From Candidatus Deferrimicrobiaceae bacterium (lineage in GTDB: Bacteria > Chloroflexota > Limnocylindria > Limnocylindrales > CSP1-4), in assembly GCA_035465135.1 (NCBI GenBank), contig DATHRO010000102.1, forward strand, positions 1 through 38,507: a stretch of 38,507 nucleotides of DNA. The letters run 5' to 3'. Positions 1-7,078 of the stretch are shown piece by piece. Made by a program: the position numbers and the translations under genes. Position 1 is the stretch's first letter, and the number at the start of each line of letters is the position of its first letter. The notes beneath the pieces were generated by a model that was not told where the DNA came from, ran no database searches, and saw only the letters and a program-made list of their open reading frames with translations.

Positions 1-725
1 CGCGGGTCCTTCTCGACGAGGTGCTTGGCCAGCTGGACCGCACCGTTGGAGCCAAGGTGGCCCGGTGAATCGATGACCTCGGCCCCGAAGAGCGCCAGTA
101 GCTGGCGCCGCTCCATGGTGACGTTGTCCGGCAGCACGACCGCGACGCGGTAGCCCTTGCGACGGGCGATCATGGCCAGGCTGATGCCGGTGTTTCCGCT
201 CGTCGGCTCGATGATGATCGAGTCGGGCTTGAGCCGGCCCTCCCGCTCGAGCTCCTCGATGAGGTACTTGGCGACGCGGTCCTTGACCGAGCCGGTCGGG
301 TTGGCCGCCTCGAGCTTGGCCAGCAGCCGAACGGCCGAGCTCGGCGACAGGCGGCCGACCTCCACGATCGGGGTGCCGCCGATCGCGTCGTCGATGCCGT
401 CGAACCGACGCGCGGCGGCGACATCGGTCGCGGCCTGGCTGAGTGGCGCCACCGAGCCGCCGGCGATCGCCGGCAGCAGCCGGATCTCGTCGGTCGGGCC
501 GACCGGCGTCTCGAGGCCGGCGAGGTATCGGACGTCCTGGCCGTTGAGGTAGACGTTGACGAAGCGATGCAGGTCGCCATCGGGCGTCAGCAGCTGCGAG
601 GCGAGGCCCGGATGCAGATCGACGACGCCTCGGACGACGTCGCCGACGGTCCCGCCCTCGACGTCGATCGCCTTCTGGCCGTCGGCCTGCGCTCGCAGGA
701 CCGACGGCAGCCGGACGGTACTCAT
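1..725 (-). CDS. cysM: CysO-like ThiS/MoaD sulfur-carrier domain fused in frame to cysteine synthase (CysM-type, PLP-dependent). The 3' end is cut by the window edge.
   Basis: Absent from the ORF track because it runs off the window edge. The reverse-strand ATG at 725..723 overlaps the moeZ stop (ATGA). My translation is MSTVRLPSVLRAQADGQKAIDVEGG...DLHRFVNVYLNGQDVRYLAG...IRLLPAIAGG, with the GG codons at 461..456. It continues without a stop into SVAPLS...AIGGTPIVEV...KLEAANPTGSVKDR...IIEPTSGNTGISLAMIARRKGYRV...ERRQLL. The first 90 aa closely resemble mycobacterial CysO as I recall it (LHRFVN.Y.N..DVR, LP.AGG end). The remainder carries cysteine synthase PLP-fold motifs. Confidence 0.85.
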   Translation of the reverse strand, partial: MSTVRLPSVLRAQADGQKAIDVEGGTVGDVVRGVVDLHPGLASQLLTPDGDLHRFVNVYLNGQDVRYLAGLETPVGPTDEIRLLPAIAGGSVAPLSQAATDVAAARRFDGIDDAIGGTPIVEVGRLSPSSAVRLLAKLEAANPTGSVKDRVAKYLIEELEREGRLKPDSIIIEPTSGNTGISLAMIARRKGYRVAVVLPDNVTMERRQLLALFGAEVIDSPGHLGSNGAVQLAKHLVEKDP

Positions 726-1930
726 CGGGCCGCCCCGCCGGCGCCGAAGGCCCCGAGCGCGAACGGCTGGTCCGCCCCGACGACCGGTGCCGTGACGCGC
801 TCCCCGCGATCCCGCCGCGCTCGCGCGTCATCGGAGCAGATCGGGCACGCCGGGTCGCGTGCAAGGCGGAGCTCGCTGAACGAGCCGTCGAGGGCGTCGA
901 ACAGCAGCAGCCGCCCGACGAGCGGGTCGCCGATGCCGAGCAGGAGCTTGATGACCTCGTTGGCCTGGAGGAGGCCCATGATCCCGGGCACGACGCCGAG
1001 CACACCGGCAACCGAGCAGCCCGGCGCGAGCTCGGGCGGCGGCGGCGTCGGATAAAGGCAGCGATAGCACGGTCCGTCGTACGGCACGAATGTCGTCAGC
1101 TGGCCCTCGAACCGGAAGACCGACGCGTGGACCACCGGGATGCCGGCCGTGACGGCCGCGTCGTTGAGGAGGTAGCGGGTCTCGAACGTGTCGGTCCCGT
1201 CGAGGATGACGTCGTAGCCGGCGATCAGCCGCTCGACGTTGTCGGCGACGAGCATCTCGTCGTGGGCGACGACCTCCACGTCCGGGTTGAGTGCCTGGAT
1301 CGTCGTCCGCGCCGAATCGACCTTCTTCTCGCCCAGCCGCTCGGTCGAATGAATGACCTGGCGCTGGAGGTTCGACGCCTCGACGACGTCGAAGTCGACG
1401 ATGCCGAGCGTCCCGACGCCGGCCGCGGCGAGGTACAGCCCGGCCGGGCTGCCGAGACCGCCGGCGCCGATGAGCAGGACCTTTGACTCGAGCAGCTTCG
1501 CCTGGCCGGCCGAGCCGACCTCGGGGATCAGCAGGTGGCGGCTGTAGCGCTGCTGCTGGGCGGGGGTCAGCGTCGCCGGCGCCTCGATCGGCAGGCCCTC
1601 GCGATCCCAGGCCAGGATCCCGCCGGCCATGTTGACGACGTCGCGGTAGCCCATCTGCTCGAGCGTCTTGGTCGCATACGCGGAGCGCGCGCCGCTGCGG
1701 CAGTACACGACGATCGGCGTGCCGCGGTCCGGGATGGCGGCCTCGATCTGCTCCTCGAGGACGCCGCGCGGGATGAAGACCGCGCCGGGGATGTGGCCGG
1801 CGTCCCATTCGACCTGTTCGCGGACGTCCAGCAGGGTCGCGCCGGCCTTCCGGCGGTCGGCCGCCTCGGGCGCATCGACCTCGCGGATCGAGGCCTGGGT
1901 GCCTCGCAGGAGGTCGGAGGATGACTGCAT
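722..1930 (-). CDS. moeZ: MoeZ/MoeB/ThiF-type adenylyltransferase (E1-like) with an N-terminal rhodanese domain
   Basis: The N-terminus has a rhodanese active-site loop (VVYCRSGARS). It is followed by the ThiF Rossmann motif LLIGAGGLGSP and Zn-type CxxC pairs (CYRC, CPIC). The track start at 1945 is a TTG. An ATG at 1930 (MQSSSD...) has a GGAG about 9 nt upstream, so I prefer 1930. Confidence 0.85.
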   Translation of the reverse strand: MQSSSDLLRGTQASIREVDAPEAADRRKAGATLLDVREQVEWDAGHIPGAVFIPRGVLEEQIEAAIPDRGTPIVVYCRSGARSAYATKTLEQMGYRDVVNMAGGILAWDREGLPIEAPATLTPAQQQRYSRHLLIPEVGSAGQAKLLESKVLLIGAGGLGSPAGLYLAAAGVGTLGIVDFDVVEASNLQRQVIHSTERLGEKKVDSARTTIQALNPDVEVVAHDEMLVADNVERLIAGYDVILDGTDTFETRYLLNDAAVTAGIPVVHASVFRFEGQLTTFVPYDGPCYRCLYPTPPPPELAPGCSVAGVLGVVPGIMGLLQANEVIKLLLGIGDPLVGRLLLFDALDGSFSELRLARDPACPICSDDARARRDRGERVTAPVVGADQPFALGAFGAGGAAR

Positions 1931-2068
1931 CGGTGGGGACTCCAAGGTGAGAGCAGGGGACGATGATCGATCGCAGGCCCGGATCCGGATCGGGAGGCAG
2001 GGCCCGGGGCGCCGGCGGTCAGGCCGGCCGACGACACCTGCAGTGGCTCATGTCGAACATCGCGCGGC

Positions 2069-2491
2069 TCATCGACCGGGCTCGTCGGCGGCGACCGGCT
2101 TCGCGTCCGGAGCCTTGGCCTGTCCGTTCGCGCCCGCCAGCGCCCCCTGGAGCGTCTCGAGCGACAGCATCGCGCACTTCATCCGGGCCGGGCTGATCTC
2201 GATCCCGAGCAGGTCCAGGACATCCTGCGACGACATCCCGGCCGCCGTCGCGATCGGCTTGCCCTTGATCTCGTCGGTCAGCAGCGACGCAGAGGCCTGG
2301 CTGATCGCGCAGCCGCGACCCGTGAAGCCGACGCCGGCGACGACGCCGTCGGCCAGCCGCAGCTGGAGCGTGAGGCGGTCGCCGCAGAGAGGATTGGAAC
2401 CCTCCTGCGAGACCGTCGGGGCCTCGATGACCCCGAAGTTGTGGGGCCGCCGGTAGTGCTCAAGGATGTAGTCGCGGTAGAGATCGTCCAT
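2069..2491 (-). CDS. sufU: SufU/IscU-like Fe-S cluster sulfur-transfer and scaffold protein
   Basis: MDDLYRDYILEHYRRPHNFG...NPLCGD...GRGCAISQASASL...KCAMLS. This is the typical SufU three-Cys pattern, and the gene lies directly downstream of sufS. Confidence 0.85.
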   Translation of the reverse strand: MDDLYRDYILEHYRRPHNFGVIEAPTVSQEGSNPLCGDRLTLQLRLADGVVAGVGFTGRGCAISQASASLLTDEIKGKPIATAAGMSSQDVLDLLGIEISPARMKCAMLSLETLQGALAGANGQAKAPDAKPVAADEPGR

Positions 2492-2511
2492 GGCTGGCTC
2501 GGGGAGTGTAC

Positions 2512-3816
2512 TCAGTCGCCGAAGATTTGCTTGACCTCGCCGATCCCGGCGACGAGGGCATCGATGTCGGCCTCGTTCGTGTAGACGTTGAAGCTGGCGC
2601 GAGCGGTCGCCGGCACGTCGAGGCGCTCATGGAGCGGCATCGTGCAGTGATGGCCGGCCCGGACGGCAAGCCCGGAGGCGTCGAGGACCTGGGCCACGTC
2701 GTGCGGGTGGACGCCGGGGATCGTGAACGGGATGACGCCGCTCCGGACGTCGAGATCGCGCGGCCCGTATGTCACGACGTCGGGGTGGTCCCGATCGAGC
2801 GCGGCGAACGCGTACTCGAGCAGCCCGCGCTCGTGCTGATGCACGCGCTCCATGCCGAGCGTCATGAGGTACTCGGCGGCGGCGCCCAGCCCGATGGCCG
2901 CGCCGATGTCCGGGGTACCGGCCTCGAACTTCGTCGGGATCTCGTTGAACGTCGAGCGCCGGAGGTGGACCTCGCGGATCATCTCGCCGCCGGCCATGAA
3001 CGGCGGCATCGCCTCGAGCAGCTCGCGTCGAGCCCACAGCGCACCGGAGCCGGCTGGCGCCAGCATCTTGTGCCCCGAGAAGGCGTAGAAGTCGCAGCCG
3101 ATGGCCGCGATGTCGACCGCGACGTGCGGCACCGCCTGGGCACCATCGACGAGGACGAGCGCCCCGGCGTCGTGGGCCATCCGCGTCATCTCCGCGACGG
3201 GGTTGATCGTGCCGAGCGTGTTCGAGACGTGGGTGAAGGCGACCAGCTTCGGCTTCAGACGCAACAGGACCTCGAAGACGTCCTGGCGGAGGATGCCGTC
3301 GTCGGTGATCGGGATGAACTCGAGGTCGCCGTCCCTCTCCTGGGCCAGGAGCTGCCACGGCACCAGGTTCGCGTGGTGCTCCATCTCGGTCAGCACGATC
3401 GCGTCGCCCGGACCAATGTTGCGCCGACCCCAGGCGTAGGCCACGAGGTTGATTGCCTCGGTCGCGTTGCGAGTGAAGATGATCTCGTGGGCGTCGGACA
3501 CGTTGATGAACCGGGCCACCGACTCGCGCGCTGCCTCGTACGCGGCCGTGGCGCGCTCGCCGATCTCGTAGATGCCGCGGTGCACGTTGGCGCTGTACTC
3601 GCGGTAGTAGCCGTCCATCGCGTCGAGCACGGCCTGCGGCCGCAGGCTGGTCGCGGCCGAGTCGAGGTACACCAGCGGCCGGGTGCGTGCCCCGGCCGCG
3701 AGCATCGGGAAGTCGCGCCGGATGACGTCGGCGTCGAGACGGCCGTCTCGGATGCGACCGCCGAACTCGACCTGCCCGGCTGCGCCGGTCGCGGGGCGCC
3801 GCGTCGTGACCGTCAT
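2512..3816 (-). CDS. sufS: Cysteine desulfurase, SufS type (PLP, class V aminotransferase fold)
   Basis: Motifs HHANLVPWQ, FSGHKMLAPAGSGALW and RAGHHCTMPLH. I place the start at the ATG at 3816 (MTVTT...). It sits 16 nt after the sufC stop and is preceded by GGAGGAG. The track start at 3870 would overlap sufC. Confidence 0.9.
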   Translation of the reverse strand: MTVTTRRPATGAAGQVEFGGRIRDGRLDADVIRRDFPMLAAGARTRPLVYLDSAATSLRPQAVLDAMDGYYREYSANVHRGIYEIGERATAAYEAARESVARFINVSDAHEIIFTRNATEAINLVAYAWGRRNIGPGDAIVLTEMEHHANLVPWQLLAQERDGDLEFIPITDDGILRQDVFEVLLRLKPKLVAFTHVSNTLGTINPVAEMTRMAHDAGALVLVDGAQAVPHVAVDIAAIGCDFYAFSGHKMLAPAGSGALWARRELLEAMPPFMAGGEMIREVHLRRSTFNEIPTKFEAGTPDIGAAIGLGAAAEYLMTLGMERVHQHERGLLEYAFAALDRDHPDVVTYGPRDLDVRSGVIPFTIPGVHPHDVAQVLDASGLAVRAGHHCTMPLHERLDVPATARASFNVYTNEADIDALVAGIGEVKQIFGD

Positions 3817-3832
3817 CCTGCTCCTCCGCCCG

Positions 3833-4762
3833 TCAGCGGGCCGCCTCGACGCGCTCGCCGGCGCTGGCATCGGGCGTCATCTCGTCCGCCTCGTGGCCGT
3901 CGAGCTCGGGGCCCTGCGGCACGAACAGCGCCTCGTCGGGGAGGTCGATCGTCAGGCCGGCCTCGCGCATGATCGGGCCGTAGCCCTCCTCCTCCAGCCG
4001 CAGCGCCAGGTCCTTGCCGCCGCTCTTCACGATCCGGCCCTGGGCCAGGACGTGGACGACGTCCGGGGTGATGTAGTTCAGCAGCCGCTGGTAGTGGGTG
4101 ATCAGCAGGATCCCGAGCTCGGGGTTGCGCATCGCGTTCACGCCGTCGGCGACGATCCGGAGGGCGTCGATGTCGAGGCCCGAATCGGTTTCGTCGAGGA
4201 TCGCCATGGCCGGCTCGATCATCGCCATCTGGAGCATCTCGAGTCGCTTCTTCTCGCCGCCCGAGAAGCCCTCGTTGACGTAGCGCGTCGCGAAGCTCTC
4301 GTCCATCCGCAACAGCGCCAGCTTCTCGCGCATCTTGCGCCGGAAGTCGAGCATCGAGACGCCGCCGCGCATCGGGTCGGTCGGGTCGATGTCGGCCGAC
4401 TTGTCGATCCCCTGGAGCTTGGCGTTCATGGCGCTTCGAATGAACGAAGCGACGCTCAGGCCGGGGATCGCGGTCGGGTACTGGAAGGCCAGGAACATCC
4501 CGAGCCGGGCGCGCTTGTCGGGGCTGAGCTTCAGGACGTCGCGGCCCTGCCAGGTCACGTTGCCGGCCGTGACGACATACGCCGGGTGGCCCATCAGGGC
4601 GTAGGCGAGGGTCGTCTTGCCCGAGCCGTTGGGACCCATGATCGCGTGGACCTCGCCGGGCGCGACCTCGAGGTCGATGCCCTGCAGGATCTCCCGCTCG
4701 GGCGCGGCGGCTGGCGCGACGCGCAGGCCGCGAATGACGAGATTTCGATCGCTTCCGGTCAC
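3833..4762 (-). CDS. sufC: SufC Fe-S assembly ATPase (ABC-type) with a C-terminal extension of about 50 aa
   Basis: Walker A GPNGSGKTT, signature FSGGEKKR, Walker B ILDETDSGLD and H-loop ITHY. The GTG start overlaps the Rrf2 stop (GTGA at 4759-4762). Confidence 0.9.
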   Translation of the reverse strand: MTGSDRNLVIRGLRVAPAAAPEREILQGIDLEVAPGEVHAIMGPNGSGKTTLAYALMGHPAYVVTAGNVTWQGRDVLKLSPDKRARLGMFLAFQYPTAIPGLSVASFIRSAMNAKLQGIDKSADIDPTDPMRGGVSMLDFRRKMREKLALLRMDESFATRYVNEGFSGGEKKRLEMLQMAMIEPAMAILDETDSGLDIDALRIVADGVNAMRNPELGILLITHYQRLLNYITPDVVHVLAQGRIVKSGGKDLALRLEEEGYGPIMREAGLTIDLPDEALFVPQGPELDGHEADEMTPDASAGERVEAAR

Positions 4763-5283
4763 GGTGGGGTCAGGGCTCCTTCGAGCTGGGGGTCGGCCGG
4801 AGTCGCCGACCGCGCGACGCGGATCGGCGAGTCACGAGGCGGCACGAGGTCGGCCAGGGTCATCCCGTCGAGCGCGCCAGCCACGGCATCGCGCACCCGC
4901 AGCCACAGGAAGTTGACGGTGCACGACGAGGTGCGGCCGCACAGGTCGGCATGCTCGGGTGAATCGGTGGCGCAGATCATCGGCGCCAGCGGGCCCTCGA
5001 GCGCGCGCAGGATCTCGCTCATCGGGATCTCGGCGGGCGGCCGGGTCAGCTCATAGCCGCCGTGGGCGCCCCTGGTCGAGGCGACGAGGCCGGCATCACG
5101 CAGCACGAACGCGAGCTGCTCGAGGTAGGCCCGCGGCATGTCCTCGGCTGCGGCCATCTCCGCCAGCGAGGCCGGGCCCTGCCCGAAGTGTCGTCCGAGC
5201 TGAACCATCAGCCGGACGCCGTACTCGCCCTTCGTGCTGAAGGCAACGGCGCCGGTCCCGTGGAATGCGGGTCGCGTGGTCAC
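4759..5283 (-). CDS. Rrf2-family transcriptional regulator (IscR/SufR-like) with a three-Cys cluster
   Basis: The Rrf2 N-terminal wHTH region reads STKGEYGVRLMVQL...LAEMAAAEDMPRAYLEQLAFVLRDAGLVASTRGAHGGYEL. A Cys triad follows (CATDSPEHADLCGRTSSC). It is the first gene of the suf operon and starts with GTG. Confidence 0.85.
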   Translation of the reverse strand: MTTRPAFHGTGAVAFSTKGEYGVRLMVQLGRHFGQGPASLAEMAAAEDMPRAYLEQLAFVLRDAGLVASTRGAHGGYELTRPPAEIPMSEILRALEGPLAPMICATDSPEHADLCGRTSSCTVNFLWLRVRDAVAGALDGMTLADLVPPRDSPIRVARSATPADPQLEGALTPP

Positions 5284-5308
5284 AGCGGCGTGTGGCAGGG
5301 GTCAGATC

Positions 5309-5339
5309 CTCAATCCCGACTCAATCGGTCGGGATTGAG
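5309..5339. promoter_or_regulatory. Perfect 12-7-12 inverted repeat, a candidate Rrf2 operator in the divergent promoter region
   Basis: CTCAATCCCGAC-tcaatcg-GTCGGGATTGAG read directly from the sequence. It lies 26 nt upstream of the Rrf2 start, between divergent genes. A TACACT -10-like hexamer lies just upstream of it on the minus strand. Confidence 0.6.
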
Positions 5340-5422
5340 TGTACGGCGCACCGCGGAGGGGCGCAACGGTGCGTGGTCGCGGCGTTGATTCGAGCCCTTC
5401 GGCTCTCCACTCGCTATCCCTG

Positions 5423-6154
5423 ATGGTCGACGCTGGGGCCGTGACATCCGCCATCCTGTCCCACGCCGAGCCCTCGCCGCGCGCCGAGCCCTCGCCGCGC
5501 GCCGAGCCGTCGCGGCTGCCCTACTCGCCGCTCATGCAGCAGCTCATCAGGCCGCTGCAGCACGGCTTCCTGGTCCTGAACCGGTGGTTCATGGCACCGG
5601 CGCTACGGGCCGGGCTGGGGCGACTGATCGGCAATCCCCTCACCGGCCACCTCATGCTGCTGCGCACCCGCGGCCGGCGAAGCGGCCTGATCCGCGAGGC
5701 GCCGCTCGGCTACGTGATCCTCGACGGGGCCGTGTACTGCGTCGCGGGCTACGGCGTCAGAAGCCCCTGGCTGTTGAACCTCGAAGCGGATCCCAACGTG
5801 GAGGTCATCCTGCCCGGCCGAACGCTCCGCGGCCGGGCGGCGGTCGTCTCCGACGACGCCGAGTGGGTTCGGGCATACCGGGCGCTGATTGCGAGCTTCG
5901 GGTTCGTCGGGCCTATCTTCCATCGCGATCCTGCGAAGCTCGATGACGCGACGCTGCTGGCGACGCACGGCTCGCTGCCGGTAGTCCGGGTTGATCCGGT
6001 CGACGCACGCTCCCCGCTCGTGTCAGGCCAGTGGGATCCCGGCGGCCGGGGCTGGCTCGTGTCGCACCTCATCGCGATCGGGGCGACAGTGTCGGCGTTC
6101 ACGCTCGCTCGGCTGTTCCGAAGGCCACGGCCGGCCGGAAGACTCGGACCGTAG
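5423..6154 (+). CDS. Deazaflavin (F420)-dependent nitroreductase-family protein (DDN/DUF385-like) with a C-terminal TM helix
   Basis: LNRWFMAPALRAGLG...LLRTRGRRSGLIREAPLGYVILDGAVYCVAGYG..SPWLLNLEADPNVEV matches the DDN-family split beta-barrel pattern. The start is uncertain among 5339, 5423 and 5534. I chose 5423 (ATG) because third-position GC is high from there on. Confidence 0.65.
   Translation: MVDAGAVTSAILSHAEPSPRAEPSPRAEPSRLPYSPLMQQLIRPLQHGFLVLNRWFMAPALRAGLGRLIGNPLTGHLMLLRTRGRRSGLIREAPLGYVILDGAVYCVAGYGVRSPWLLNLEADPNVEVILPGRTLRGRAAVVSDDAEWVRAYRALIASFGFVGPIFHRDPAKLDDATLLATHGSLPVVRVDPVDARSPLVSGQWDPGGRGWLVSHLIAIGATVSAFTLARLFRRPRPAGRLGP
5465..5515 (+). repeat. 18-bp tandem repeat (about 2.8 copies) encoding AEPSPR hexapeptide repeats
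   Basis: GCCGAGCCCTCGCCGCGC occurs at 5465-5482 and again at 5483-5500. A diverged partial third copy follows. Confidence 0.85.
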
Positions 6155-6159
6155 GCCGT

Positions 6160-6984
6160 TCAGGCGCGATCCGAGAGCAGATCTCGGCGCCACGCCTCCG
6201 TGGGTTCGACGTTGTTGAACGTGTAGAGGTGGAGATCGACGACGTTCATGGCCGGACTGGCCAGCACGGGGGCCAGATCCTCGAGAAGCCCGGTTGCGCG
6301 GTAGACGCCGCCTGATCTGAGCAGCGCGGCCACGAAGCGCGTGTTCTTCAGCACGAACCTGCGAGCGTCCCGGACCCCGATCCGCGCGCTGATCGAGAGC
6401 AGCTTCGGGATCTCGGCCACGCCCGGCACGCCGAGCTTGACCGGCAGCGCGATGCCCTCCGCCCGTCGCTCGGCGAGGAACCGCTCGAGGGCCTTCGGGT
6501 CGAAGCACATCTGGGTCGTCATGTACGACGCAAACGGCGCCTTGTCGCGAAGCGCCTGGAGCAGGGCGTCGTCGGCGATCAGCGGGTGACCCTGCGGGTA
6601 ACAGCCGATTCCGATCTCGGCGGGCAGCCGGCCCATGTCGGCCATCGCCCGCAGCAGCGCGAGCGCGTCGCCGAACTCACCCGGCTCGGTCGGGTCACCG
6701 CCGATGACGAACGCCCGGTCGATGCCCCGGTCGGCCATCCGATCGAGGATCGAATGGAGCTCGCGCGTGTCGCGGATCAGTCGCGCCGCGAGATGCGGGA
6801 CCGCCCGGAACCCGTCGCGCTCCAGCTCGACCGCCAGGTCGACCGTGGCGGCCATGCCCTTCGCCGGCGAGGCCGTGACCGAGACGGTTGCGCCGGGCGG
6901 CAGGTGCGACGCCTGATCGAGGGCGTTCTTGAGCGGGATCAGCTCCCACGTCGGGGCCGCGAGCAGGCGCGCGAGGGCGTTCAC
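6160..6984 (-). CDS. Methylenetetrahydrofolate reductase-like protein (MetF/MTHFR fold)
   Basis: WELIPLKN...VSVTASP...AVPHLAARLIRD...AFVIGGDP...IGIGCYPQGHPLI...YMTTQMCFD is an MTHFR TIM-barrel-like pattern. The track start at 7080 would overlap the divergent neighbour. The GTG at 6984 (VNALARLL) is my preferred start, but this is uncertain. Confidence 0.6.
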   Translation of the reverse strand: MNALARLLAAPTWELIPLKNALDQASHLPPGATVSVTASPAKGMAATVDLAVELERDGFRAVPHLAARLIRDTRELHSILDRMADRGIDRAFVIGGDPTEPGEFGDALALLRAMADMGRLPAEIGIGCYPQGHPLIADDALLQALRDKAPFASYMTTQMCFDPKALERFLAERRAEGIALPVKLGVPGVAEIPKLLSISARIGVRDARRFVLKNTRFVAALLRSGGVYRATGLLEDLAPVLASPAMNVVDLHLYTFNNVEPTEAWRRDLLSDRA

Positions 6985-7078
6985 GGCGACATCATCGTCG
7001 TCCTCGGCGCGTTCCGCCGGCCCGCTAGGATCAACCTCGCCGGGGCCTGGACACGACGAGGGAGGAAGGCGTGACCAC

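Noticed and set aside
1946-2068. The 123-bp gap between sufU and moeZ as a possible small-gene or RNA locus
   Set aside because: I saw no ORF with coding character and no strong hairpin. It may simply hold an internal promoter or RBS (GGAG before the ATG at 1930). I could not support anything more specific.
5465-5515. The tandem repeat as a possible CRISPR or minisatellite locus
   Set aside because: There are fewer than 3 contiguous 18-bp copies with no spacers, and the repeat is in frame within a coding region. It is a simple coding tandem repeat.
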